The position numbers and the translations under genes are program-made. A stretch of DNA of 62,936 bases, filler included, from Octopus bimaculoides (taxonomy: Eukaryota), in assembly GCF_001194135.2 (NCBI RefSeq). It is 7 parts of 7 records of this genome, joined end to end, with 100 filler letters (N's around TTAATTAATTAA, not from the genome) between each part and the next. Parts side by side here need not be neighbours in the genome. Positions count along the whole stretch, not along the records: positions 35,585 to 48,721 come from NC_069005.1; positions 48,822 to 54,255 come from NC_068983.1; 5 more parts are not named here. One strand, written 5' to 3'. Below are positions 38,075-50,640 of the stretch, one piece after another. Numbering within the stretch: the first letter of the stretch is position 1; each line of letters opens with the position of its first letter. The notes under the pieces are model-generated. The model ran no database searches. It had not been told where the DNA came from and saw nothing but the letters and a program-made list of their open reading frames with translations.

Positions 38075-38838
38075 GCTGAGAGCTGTGACCATGCTGATGC
38101 ACCGTCATTTTGTTACACTTTTATTACTGAGAGAGTCCTCCAATATGTGGCACCTGGTGGAGAATGGAGTTTGATGTAGCTACCCTCATTTGCACCTCTT
38201 GCCGTGAGGTAGGTTCATCTGGGACTCTCGACAGGAAGAGGTCCAGCTTTGATTTAAAAACCTCTACATCTACTTTGTGCAGGTTCCTCAGGCTCTTTGG
38301 GAGGGTATTAAAAAGCTGTGGGCCCCTGAAACCCAAACTGTTACAGTAACTGGTCCTGAAGCGCGATGGCATTGCTGGGATCTTTGGCACTATGCAGTGT
38401 CGTCCCGTTCTGGCATTGGTGTAGCTTTCAATGCCAAAATTTGGCACAATTCCTTCCAGGATCTTCCAGATGTATATTACTGCATACCTCTCCTGCCTTC
38501 TCTCCAGGGAGTAGAGTCATAGCTGTTTCAGCCTTTCCCAGTAGCTGAGCAGTTGCAAAAAGACAATCTTCTTTGTGAATCTTCTCTGGATTGCTTCAAT
38601 GTCCGCTGTTAATTTCCCACTGGTGAGTGACCATAGCTGTGAGCAGTAATCCAGGCGGCTGAGGACGAATGTCCTCCAGAGGACCATCATGGTTTCCTTA
38701 TCTCTGGTTCTGAATGTTTTCAGGATCCATCCAGCCAGTCATCTGCACTTTGTCACCATCCTGGTAATGTGCACTTGGAAAGAGGTATCATCACTCATGT
38801 CGACACCCAGGTCTCTCACTGATTTAGGCTCACAAGGG
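38075..38838 (-). mobile_element. CR1-clade LINE 3' fragment (about 760 bp)
   Basis: Minus translation SVRDLGVDMS...GWILKTFRTRDKETMMVLWRTFVLSRLDYCSQLWS...IEAIQRRFTKKI ... TRFRTSY/GPQLFNTLP ... VPDEP, the CR1 ORF2 C-terminus, plus the 3' tail. Confidence 0.85.
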
Positions 38839-38849
38839 ATAAGATAAGA

Positions 38850-41800
38850 TAAGTGATGCCGTTTATTTTACTAATATTGTTTAACGTTCGGATTTATTTA
38901 TTTAATAACACTATCTTTTTATATGTATTTCTGTTCATAAAGATGTTTACCATTAGTCCACAGATGTTATTTTAGATGAATTATACCTTTAACTTGAATT
39001 ATTAGTATTAAGCATTTACATTTCATTTGCTGTACTAACGAGAGCTTCCCTTCAAGTACTGATATTTTTATTATTTATTTAGTAAGATACGTTATTTGAA
39101 TTCCTATTTTTTCCAGCGACCTGATGAGTGACTGTATTTTGAGTAGAATATAATCTTGATCAATTTATTGTGAATTGTACTGGTTTTTTCTGCTATAACG
39201 TAGCCACGAAACGCATGTAGTCAACACTTTACCTCCTTATTGTTAATTATTGCTCCATTTCTTAACTTCTCTATCTATATTAAACCACGGTTTTACCTTT
39301 AAATTACCTACTACCGTATACCTTATAACGAGGACTATACATAGTGAGGTAATACACCAGGAGTGCCTACGGATACATCTATTCCTAAGATGGTTGCATA
39401 ACCTCTAACTTATATCTTGCTTAACATATATATTTCTTGCTAAGTTGCATTAGCCAGACATAACTCAAGCACCTACTGGTAAAATGGAGCAAATAACAAG
39501 CATCATTAAAGGATACACCAATTCCACCTAAAGATGTATATCTTAAAGAAGTGATTAAAAAATTAACAGACTTCATCCACTGTTTATGATGGAAAGCCTT
39601 ATTCTACGATAAAAACAACCAAGCAGAGACAACCAATCACAACAACAGCAAAGAATTTACCAAAGGAATTTTCAAAACTAGAAAAGCACCCCCACCAAAC
39701 AGCTACTTGGACACCTTTGAGAATGAACTATAGGATACTATTAAGAGCCTAAAATTTAAATGACACCCACTAAGGAATAATGCTTACCAAAGAAACCTAA
39801 AGGACCTACTATATAAACTGAAATTGCAAAAGGAAATTATTGTACACTCCGATAAAATCAGGAACTCATATATTTTGGATATTAATTTATACCACAGGTT
39901 GTTGCATAGAGAAATAACAACAAAAACAAATACAAAATAGTACCCAATAACACCTTAAGATCTTTGAACTTATCAGCCATGAATGTTATGACCAACTACA
40001 ACATAGATGAGAAAACTGAACGTTTCACCCCTTCCAGAACCTGCATAACAATTAAGGACCATAAAGTAAATTTCTTAACAGATCCGAAAATTAGATTAAT
40101 ATGCCCCAATAAATCCGATCTTTGTAAATCAAGTAAATTAATACTAGATAAATATATCCCAACGATAGAAAATAAAATAATCCTAGAATTATGGTCCAAT
40201 ATCTATGAAGCCCTTAACTGGTTCTCCAGGATAGAGAATAAAAATAACTATAAGTTCCTACAGATAGACATAGAAGATTACTACTCATCAATTAACCCTA
40301 CAATCCTAAATAGCACTCTTATTTTTGCCAAAAATCATACTGAACTAACAATGAATGAAATTAAGGTAATCTTAGAAGCGAGGAAATCCATAATAAATCT
40401 CGATAACAAATTATGGGTAAGGAAAGATACCCCTAATAACTTCAACATCACTATGGGAGCCCCTGATTCAGCACAGGTAACTGACTTAGTAGGCATTTAC
40501 TTACTATCATATTTACAGGAAGTATTCCCAGAGACCAGGAGAGGCCTCAACAGAGACAACACATTATTTATCCTGAAAAACATCTCAAATAGGAGACTAG
40601 AACTACTAAAGGAAAAAACTATATAAGTTTTTTAAATGTTTTGGCTTAACCATTACAATAGAAAAAGAGCATAATTCTATTAACTACTTAGACGCGAACT
40701 GCAACCTAACCATGGGACTGCACAAACCCTACATAAAACCGAATACAAACCTTAAATATATAAATGCATTTAGCAACCATCCTAACTTTATTAAAAGAGG
40801 ACTAGTACAAGGAATCAGCAAAAGAATCTCACACCTCTCTTCCAACGAAGATATCTTTAATAAGTATAAGGAATTCTACAACACCGCATTAGAAAAAGCA
40901 GGTTATAAGCAAAAAATTAAATACCTTTACTCAGAACCCTATAAAAATAACATAAATACTCAAAACTATTATAATAATAGGAATTATACCCCAAAAACAA
41001 TATGAACAACATTAACAGGAATGACAGTAGTAATAACATAAATAGTAGGAAGAATGATAAGATTCAGACTATTATGAATAACAACATTAAGAATGATAAG
41101 AATAGAAATACTAATAATGGGAAGAATAACAATACTAAGAATATTAATATTAATAATAATAGAAATATAAGCAAAAATAACGCACCTCAAAGAACCAATA
41201 GAGCCCCTGTTAGAAATGATAATACCAAAATATATAAAATAAATAAATTGTACAGAAACAACCCCAATAAAACTGATAGTAATAATAATAAAAAATAACT
41301 ATAGAAAGAATAATAATAATTATAACCATAACTTTATGATCTACAATAATACTGAGGACAGTTTCTACACCAAAAATAATAATATTAAAAATAACAAACA
41401 GAATAAGGATAACATCTGGTTAATAATCCCCTTCGCAATAAAGCTAAAACCCAACATAGTTAAATCTATAATGAGACTTATTAATAAACACTTTAATATG
41501 AACACCAAATACTCAGAAATCTGTAGCAATAAAATAAGAGTACGCCATAGCTTCACTAGCAAACTAGCTACCATTATAGCCTCTATCAACAATAAAAAGC
41601 TAGACACCTTCTATGAAACTAGGGAGAATAGCAATGTTGAGAATAGCATAACAACCAATCGACTGATAAAATAAATGCCCCCCCCCCAATAACTCACTTT
41701 CAAATAATGCGAACAACTACCTTATAAATAATAACCCCCCTCAACATATCATAGGCACGGACAAACTTAATGATCTATGTTGCTGCAGATATAAAAATAC

Positions 41801-42140
41801 TTGTGAATTCTTAAATAAATGTAAAACTAAAAACGTAGTCTACCAATATGATGTACTCGCAAACAATTACAAGAAAACTTATATTGCAGCAACTAAAAAT
41901 GAAATGAAACTTAGATATAATTCCCATCATGCCAGTTTCAGAAATAGAGGTAAAGCAAACTCTACCAGACTAAGTAGTTATATTTGGGAACTGAAAGACA
42001 ATAACATTAATTATATATTAGAAGGGCGTATCCTAGTCAAAACTTCATATAACATTAATAATAATCGTTGTAATTTTATGTATAAACAAGAAATTCTTCA
42101 TCTTAATGGCCAAATCAGAATTACTTAATAAACGAGACCA
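38850..42140 (+). mobile_element. Degenerate Penelope-like retroelement (RT plus C-terminal GIY-YIG), resembling the Naiad group
   Basis: N-terminal SLKDTPIPP...L*WKALFY. RT: ITIKDHKVNF..P..RLI.P.KS, QIDIEDYYSSI, ITMGAPDSAQVTDLVG, GLNRDN (decayed YRDD). GIY-YIG: CCCR...C....C...NVVYQ...TYIA.T...RYNSH.ASF...NSTRLSSYIWELK, then CNLC...LLNKR after a frameshift. The 5' boundary is approximate. Confidence 0.85.
39118..39222 (+). ncRNA. Type I hammerhead-ribozyme motif in the 5' region of the Penelope-like element
   Basis: gac-CTGATGA-gtgact[68 nt]agccac-GAAAC-gcat-GT-A-gtc: intact core, stem II with one mismatch, 3-bp stem I. Confidence 0.65.
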
Positions 42141-42144
42141 GTCA

Positions 42145-45100
42145 CAAGTCTATCCAAAAAGGGTGAAATGAGTTTGTGAGAATGGAGAGAAGAGCAGATG
42201 TCAACTCGGGATTTGCAGTTGCTTTCAGACAATTCATGAGGCACCCATTTTCCAAGTCTAAGAAGCTTTCCAAGTTGTTGAAGATGATGATGAACAGTTG
42301 TCTTCTCATTTTTAACTAAATTGATGAGTTTTATGGGATTTCTATCAAATTTTGTGGAATTTGAATTTCTTCTTTTTCATTCTTGGGAATTAGATCTCTT
42401 CCAGCATTAAGAATGAATCATGAATATTCTTCTTGACCCTCTCTCAATCGCATGTTGTGATGTAATTCAAATTTTTCAAATTTTCTCCACAAAGAGGATC
42501 TTTTGATACTTGAATTGACTACATTAATGCTTATTCCTCTCTTAACAACAGGTAAAAGTTGTCTGAAATCTCCACAACAGATGGTAATGATTCCGTCGAA
42601 TGGTTCATCTTTGTTACAGATATCTCTTAGTGTTAGGTAAACAGCTTCAAAGCATTCTCTTCTTATTGATATTTTATCTCAAACAATAAGTGTTGTTTCC
42701 CTGATGACATATGCTAAGTTGGATCTCTTATCAATGTCACAGACTGATTTTTCTTGAATTTGGAATGAGCCGTCCATCCACCCAGCATCAACATAGCTGC
42801 AATTCCTGATGAAGCAACAGCAAGAGCTATTTGACCTTTACTTCTGACATAAGCTAATAAGGTTTTTCCAGTTCCTCCTGGTGCCTCAATGAAACTGAAT
42901 GATGAGGAATTCATGTTCAAACATCCAAAAACATAATTATAAACGGCCTGTTGCTCTTCATAAAGGAGTGGTGTTCTTCCAGCAACAATATTTCACTGCT
43001 TATCAATGTCGTAGTTCAATTCATGCAAAAGTTTGTGATTGACTTCAATTTCTTCATTATTGTGAAGAAGTAGTAAATTTTCCATTGCTTTTGAAAAACA
43101 TTTCAGTTTTTCTTGTACCATACTTCAGTGACCCTTCATGATGTCTCTGAATCTCTCCCAAAGAGCTAATGGATCTGACAAATCTCCAGATGTGAGGATC
43201 ACAATGAATAAGTTCCCCGTTTCTTTAGGAAGTCTTGTTGTTAGTGCATCTTGCATGGTATTGATTGAATGCAAATCCTCTTCAAGAAGTCCTCTTCCTT
43301 TATATGCCTCCTTAAAGTTAGGAAGGATCATCCTGTTATATGTTCATAATGCAATGAAACTTTCAAGTCCATGAAATTCAAGCAATAAAATTCTTAAATA
43401 GTACAGTTCTCCTGCCAACATAAACAAAACCAAGTGTTCTTTTGAAAACGTCCAAATGCCCTTCAACTTTTTTGCCATTCTTTATTACTGTTCCAAGTGA
43501 AATACATGGGTACTTCAGAATAAAGTAATGGCTTTGCAAAGTCCTTATTGAAGCACAATGAAAAGAATTCTGTTAATGTTGTTCTCATAGTTTGTTCATT
43601 GACAGCCATATCCTCATTGTTTTTGAGCAATATTCTTTGTGCATCTCGTAGATGAACTTGCAGTCTCACTATTTTCATGAATCGAAAATCCTAAAATGGA
43701 TGCAACTGCTTTGGAAGGTCTAATATACCTACCCATTAGATATTAATTTCATTATCATTGTTTATTTGAACAACAGTTTGTTCCTTTCCTTTCAGCATGT
43801 ACTTGATGATGTACTTAACTGACCTCACTGAGGCAACAATTTCAACGTTGCAGTGGCATTTGAAGGCTCTTAAAAGAGTTTTATTATAGGGCACAACCCA
43901 TATGTTGTTGTTGAGTGTTTTCCCATTCTTATGCAATTCAACTCCTCTCACTGCAACTGAGCTTCTTCTATAAAGAGGATAAGAATCTTCTCCACAGAGT
44001 ACTTTGCAAGTATTGTTTGGGGTATCTCTTGGAGCATGATCCAGCCTTCCAGCATGGAGAATGTGCATTACAATATGGACCATGAATCATATGAGTATCA
44101 ACTAAATCATGTAGTTTTTTGTCTGTTGTTGGGTCTGGAATTTCTGCTTGTACAGAGTCATCAATCTCAATTGGTCTTATATTCTTTACCAGCCAAATAG
44201 TGCATGCAAGTGTGGCAAGCCACCTTTTTGATATTCAACAGTATGAGTATGTGCTATGACTTCACCCAGATTTTTCTCTTGACAATCAAGTCCATAAACA
44301 TGTGTCTCTTCAGTTGGAAAACTCTTGCAATCAAATCTGGCCTGTCAGATGCCACCTGTCCAGGAAAAAAGATTTTGAGTAATTTCTGGCCATTTGGAAT
44401 TACATGTAAGTGTAATAAACAATGATGGTGTTCCGTGTCTCCTCAAAATTTCCATGGCATCCATCTGCTATTCAGCCAGGTATCTTGGACTCCCAGTAAA
44501 TGTTGAAAGAAGTAAGACTTTTTTTCCAACATCATTAAGACCATCACAGTTGTTTATGGCATCTGTTAGTCCCTTGTATGCTGTACATCTTAAATCAACT
44601 TGCTGCTGTTTCAAATAGGACAGGTTACTAGATTTGATTTTTGCAGCTTGATCAATCAAATACTACTGGAATAATCGGCCGCTTCAAAGAATATGATTGA
44701 ATTCATTTTGATGATTCCTTATTTATAGGCATAATATTTCTTGATTGGCAATCACTTATTGTTTGTCATAATCAAATTGATGTTCCACCTACTGTTACCT
44801 TCAAGAAAAAAGAGAACGTACTGCAATGGGTCATAGGAACAATAAGTTTCTGAAATTATGATTAGTTCACCTCCTCTTTCCTTCAAGATATGCCTGGAGG
44901 ATGCATCTTGATTTGTACTGGGCAAAATAACAGAGACTTCATTTGCAGTTGGTGCATTCCAACACCTCTCATGCTCTCCAGTTGGCCTTCTGCTCTCATC
45001 AATATATGGATTTCTCTCTCTCAAAACTGTTTCAATTTGTTCAACAATCCTTCTTTCTAGCCCTGCTTCGTTGTTCAAAATTCTTATCATTTGTTGAACT

Positions 45101-45800
45101 GAGTCTTGTGGGTCCAAGAAGTATAGTCAAACAAATTTGGCTAGCACATCAGCATCTGGTATTAGTGGACCCAGGAAATGGTAAATTTGTCCGTGAATTA
45201 TGACAGAGGGATTGTAATTTTCAGGTTGCTGACTTTCTTTGCAATTAAAAGATGTCATTTGGAAAATGATATTGTACTGCCTGACATATTTTCTGAAATT
45301 TTTCCTACATCTGTCTGACCTTCAAATGATTCCTTCATTTCTCATAGTAAGTCAAGTAACAGTGCTAAATTGACTTTTCCATTCATACAGCAGATGTTGA
45401 CAGTTTCTCCTGGAAATTTGAAAGCTTTATAATGGGGGCGTATTTGATTCATTTCTCCAAGAGAGACATCAATATCTTGATGGCTGCGGAGCCAACAGTG
45501 CTAGTTTCGGTGTTGTTGAGCTTCTAATCTAAGTCATCTCTGTTCTTCATTTTCATTCAAACAAATGTGTTGATGTCTCATTTGATCTTGCTCTTGTTCC
45601 TCAGCTCTTTGATCAAAACTATTCTTTAAATGTCTAGTCTGTGTTGTCTCTGTTCTTCAGTTTGAAGTCTTAATTATTCTCTTTTTTGATTCAGATATCT
45701 TCCTCTGTTTAGTTGATACCTCTTGCTTTCTCTGATCTTTTTGGCTTCAGGTGTCACAAGGCTCGAACCAGGCCTTTTTGGTGGCATTATGGAAAAATAT
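42145..45800 (-). mobile_element. Degenerate autonomous Helitron (Rep HUH endonuclease plus PIF1-like SF1 helicase)
   Basis: Collinear minus-strand fragments: LGEMN...FKFPGE..CC.NGKV; NAPTANEV, YDPLQYVLFF; GKKVLL.STFTGSPRY; DRPDLIARVF; VVPYN..L...F.CH.NVE....SVKYIIKY..KG; RLQVHL; APGGTGKT, AVASSGIAA.L..GG.TAHS.F, GDFRQLLPV, L..NMR. The 3' end is truncated. Confidence 0.9.
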
Positions 45801-46069
45801 TCTTATGAATTCTTACAAAAAATATCTCATTTATATTATACTGTACTGCAAAATTTGTATATAAATGATTAAAGGAAGTAAGAAAAAATGGCTCTTTGAA
45901 GTGTTGCTACTAAAATCAACATATTCAACTTGATTTTCTTTCTCTTCAAGAGAGAAATGACTTCTTTATTTTGACAGACAGACAGATAGATTGAAAATGT
46001 GACTTTGAAGAATGTACCCACCAGCATAGACAAGACATTAGTGACTTTAGATTCCAAGTCAAAGGGATG

Positions 46070-48208
46070 TCAAGAAGCAAACTAATCTGGAAAAGAAGGA
46101 TTTGAAAGCTTAAGGACCCTTCATATGGTCAGAGATTTAGGGACATCCTGATTGAGAAATTTGATGAGAGGGAGGAGGAACTACAGACTTGTGACATAGA
46201 GGGCAACTGGGAATTCCCGTGGGACAGCTTGCTGAGTGCCACAGACCAAATCTGCAGCTGGTGCAATGCGCCATTCAGACCTAGGGTGATGTGGTGGTAG
46301 AACGATGCTGTAGACAAGGCCATTGGAGCAAAGAAACAGGCCTGGTAGAGTGGGGGTAGCAAGGAACTGTATCAGATAGCCAGAAGGGAAGCTAGGGGAC
46401 AGGTATGTCCAGCCAGGGAAGAAGCAGAAAAGACGTTTGCCTATGTTCAGTGACTTGAGGACCAAAGTCTTGAAGTGTTTCAGATTGCAAAACAGTATAT
46501 GAGAGAAAATTGTGATGTCATAGGAGATAAATGTGTCCGCATGGATGATAGTGCACTTGCATTTAATGATTCTGCAATGAAAGAAGCTTGGAAATGCCAT
46601 TATGAAAGACTACTCAATGAGGAGATTGAATGGGAAGAGGAAAGTCTGCCAAATGTTTGACAGTACCTTGGTAGATTAAGCAATTAAAGATATGAAGACA
46701 GGGAAAGCCCCAGGTCCATCAGGTATATTTGGCAGTGTGGGTTATGGTCTAGTCATCCATAACGTAAATCTGGTGGTACACAAAGGAGTCATACCCAAGG
46801 ATTGGTGTAGCAATACCATAGTCAACTGTTACAAAGATAAATAATTACAGATAGAAATAATTACAGAGGTATCAAATTGTTGGATCAGGTGATTAAAGTT
46901 ATGGAGAGGGTCATAGCCCAACTAATTAGGGAGCGAGTTAGTCTAGATGAGATGCAGTTTGGTTTTTTGCCAGTGAGATGCACCAATGATGTTATATTTC
47001 TGGTAAGGCAGCTGCAGGAGAAATATATAGCCAAAGATAAACCTCTGTACCTGGCTTTTGTTGACTTGGAGGAAGCCTTTGACTGGGTCCCCCGATCCCT
47101 TATCTGGTGGTTAATGTGAAAACTAGGGATAGACGAGAGGTTGGTGAGAACTGTAGGAGCCATGTACAGAGACGCTATCAGTAAGGTGAGGGTTGGCAAT
47201 GAGTACAGTGAAGAATTCAGGGTAGAGGTAGGAGTTCACAAAGCATTGGTCCTCAGCCCCTTCTTGTACATCATAGTCCTCCAGGCAATAACAGACAGGC
47301 CTGCCCCTGGGAGCTCCTTTATGCTGATGACCTTGTTCTTATAGCTGAATCACTACCAGACTTAAAGAAGAAGTTTTAGGTATGGAAGCAAGGTCTAGAA
47401 TCGAAAAGCTTTAGTTAACCTTAAAAAACCCAAAGCCTTAGTAAGTAGGAAGGCAAACAAATCACAAATCCCTGCTCAATCTGAAGAAAAGGTGTAGGTA
47501 GAAACCCCTTAAGATGTACCCAGTGTAAACTATGGACAAATAAGCAATGCAGCAATATCAGAGGAAGGTTAACAGGGAAAATAGCTTTTGCATATGGAAG
47601 ATGCACAAGTACAATAGACACACTAAAAATATACAGAAAATAGACTCCTATCAACTGCCAGCGGGGTAAGCTAGAGGTAGTAGATAGCTTCCATTATCTA
47701 GATGACCAAGTTAGTAGCAGAGGTGGATGCTCTGAGAGCATAGCTGTCAGAATAAGAATAGGCTGGGCAAAGTTCAGAGAGCGCCTATCTCTGCTGGCAA
47801 CAAAGGGCCTCTCCCTCAGAGTGAAAGGTAGATTGTATGATGCGTATGTGTGAACAGCTATGCTACACGGCAGTGAAACATGACCTGTGACAGCCAAGGA
47901 CATGTGTAGGCTTGAACGAAATGAAGTCAGTATGCTTCACTGGATGTGCAATGTCAGTGTGCATGTATGACAGAGAGTAAGCATCTTAAGAGAAAAGTTG
48001 GGCATAAGAGGCATTGGATGTGGTGTGCAAGAGAGATGACTGTGCTGGTATGGTCATGTGATGCGTATGGACAAGGACAACTGTGTAAAGAAGTGTCGAC
48101 CTCTAACTGTGGAGGGAACCTTTGGTAGAGGTAGACCCAGGAAGACATGGGACAAGGTGGTGAAGCATGATTTCCGAACTTTGAGCCTTACAGAGGCAAT
48201 GGCTAATG
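46070..48208 (+). mobile_element. 5'-truncated RTE-clade LINE (RT domain plus C-terminus)
   Basis: MKTGKAPGPSG, NYRGIKLLDQVIKVMERV, MQFGFLP..CT.D.IF.VRQLQEK, AFVDLE.AFD.VPR, GVH....LSP, LYADDLVL (frameshifted), F.YL...S..GG, WYGHV.R, GRGRPRKTW. Many stops. Confidence 0.92.
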
Positions 48209-48664
48209 TGTTATGTATACCTATAAGATAATGAAGGGTGAGAACTTACCCTATATTTTTCGAAGGTGGCGAGATAAACGTTTGTCAACGACCGTTTGGC
48301 AGAAGTGAAATAACGTCGGTATGAATAACCAAATATATATACACAGGAAGTTAGCATAGTACGAGACAGGTAACCTCGTTCACTTCCTGTTAACGAGCAA
48401 GGCAGGTAATCTCATACTTCCTGTTAAAAAAGGGAGTGGGAAAGACAGCTGGAGCTTGGCGTGGATAGAACCAGAACGAGACGGAGCTGCATATGGGTTG
48501 GACCGTTCACCACCTACCTTGAAACCATTGAGACTGGACATAATCTCCATATATGAACATCTACTTCCCTGTTTGAACACTTTGTTGTTGCGATCAGAAG
48601 GTTACCCCTTTTTCTTACATTATTAATTTGTCTGATCGTAACAAATTGGGGGCTCGTCCGGGAG
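48209..48664 (+). mobile_element. LTR (435 bp, TGTTA...TAACA) followed by a tRNA-Pro primer-binding site; 5' end of an LTR retrotransposon
   Basis: Starts tgttatg (48209) and ends cgtaaca (48643). After a 3-nt spacer, tgggggctcgtccggga (48647-48663) is complementary to the 3' end of eukaryotic tRNA-Pro (CCA included). Confidence 0.8.
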
Positions 48665-49757
48665 CTGAACTCTCGCAAACACATTATAAAACAACTTTAC
48701 AATTCACCTATGAACTCATCGNNNNNNNNNNNNNNNNNNNNNNNNNNNNNNNNNNNNNNNNNNNNTTAATTAATTAANNNNNNNNNNNNNNNNNNNNNNN
48801 NNNNNNNNNNNNNNNNNNNNNTATATATATATATATATATATATATTTCCGTGAGAGTTAGAGGTTGGGAAGCCAACCAACTAAGGGATAGTACCTATCC
48901 AATATACTGCTGGTAGTGTGCCCAATTATTACTACCCATGTTCTGGTTATTGCGTGGCAATTTTGTAATCGAGTGCCATATATGGGTGGGGGTAAAAAGT
49001 GGTTTACCCTTAATTTATACGGCAAAAAGAAAATGGTGGGGATACAAAAATGATATACATCAGCCGGTAGACATTTTATTATGTCTATTTATTCCAAAAC
49101 AAAAGAGAGAGTATTATAATAATACATACACATGCAAAGACTGTGCTACACAAATATATATTAATAATACATAAAAGAGTAAAAGATTAAAATGTCAAAA
49201 GATCAAAATATATACACAAACACACATATTTATGTATATATTTATGTCTTACATATATATGTATACACCAAGAGATTTTGTACGCGTGCATGTATGCGTA
49301 CATATATGTATATGTGTGTATTTGTGTATATATTTATGTCTAAAATATGTATATAGAATATGTATGTCTAAATATGTATATAACTATGTACATGCATCTG
49401 AGTATTTTGGTGTATATATGTATATTTTAGATGGTCTAGTATGCGTATATACTGCTGAAAAATATTTATGTAGTATAGCGTGAAAAATTTTAAATTTTAA
49501 TTTTAATGTATTAATCGACATATATTTCGTATATGATTATTTACCATATGTATTTGGAATCTGTCCTTCAATTCAAGGTTGTCTTCGATTTTATAATAGG
49601 AAGAATCTATACTGAATTTATTTTGTTCATTGCATGCTTAAGACCATTAGTTGAAAGGACCAATGAAGCAAAACCATTTTCAAAAATGTATCCTTTAAAC
49701 TAGTTCTTTTTTTGTTTTTGTTTGATTATATCGTCATTTCTGTTCTATTCTAACAAA

Positions 49758-49797
49758 ACTGTCCGTCGAACGGGAACGTGAAACTCTGAATAACAGT
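49758..49797 (+). ncRNA. Degenerate minimal hammerhead-like motif
   Basis: actgt-CCGTCGA-acg(ggaa)cgt-GAAAC-tctga-AT-A-acagt: stems I and II perfect, core and stem III mutated. Confidence 0.45.
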
Positions 49798-50125
49798 CTT
49801 TGTGATATTTCTGCTGCTTTTAAATAAAGCATATTACTTACTCTACCTCTAGTATTTGAGTACTCTTTTTTCCACCTTGTTTCACATTTATGTGCTAACA
49901 CCGATAAATATATATATATATAAAATTAATCAAAGGACAAACTTTGATTAATTTTAATCTTTCAGCTATTTAATGCTTTTCTTGGGCTTAGAATCGTCTA
50001 TATTATTGATTCTGTTATCATTTAAAAAAATAGCCATTCCAGATAATAACAAAATTAATAATATCTTATCAAATTAATTTTTCGAGAATTATTTTTCTCG
50101 TGAATTGTTTACCCTTGTATCGTGA

Positions 50126-50160
<35 letters not shown>

Positions 50161-50480
50161 NNNNNNNNNNNNNNNNNNNNNNNNNNNNNNNNNNNNNNNN
50201 NNNNNNNNNNNNNNNNNNNNNNNNNNNNNNNNNNNNNNNNNNNNNNNNNNNNNNNNNNNNNNNNNNNNNNNNNNNNNNNNNNNNNNNNNNNNNNNNNNNN
50301 NNNNNNNNNNNNNNNNNNNNNNNNNNNNNNNNNNNNNNNNNNNNNNNNNNNNNNNNNNNNNNNNNNNNNNNNNNNNNNNNNNNNNNNNNNNNNATATATA
50401 TATGAATTATTATTAAATAGTGCAATACAGTAGTATTGCTTCCCAGCAAAACAAAGCACCAGTGTATATATATATATATA

Positions 50481-50640
50481 TATATACGATGGGCTTCTTT
50501 CAGTTTCCGCCTACCAAATCCACTCACAAGGCTTTGGTCTGCCCAAGGCTATAGTAAAAAACACTTTGCGCAAGGTGCCACGCAGTGGGAATAAATCCGG
50601 AACCATGTGATTAGGAAGCAAGCTTCTTACTACACACCTA
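50481..50640 (-). mobile_element. SINE family A 5' half
   Basis: gggcttctttcagtttccg..ccaaatccactcacaaggctttgg...aaggtgccacgcagtggga..ggaaccatgtg. Confidence 0.8.

Noticed and set aside
39587-39589. In-frame TGA in the Naiad-like Penelope ORF as possible selenocysteine
   Set aside because: It falls at the Arg of the conserved R-W-K motif (CGA to TGA CpG decay). The GIY-YIG cysteines are ordinary TGT/TGC, and the copy has many other disruptions.
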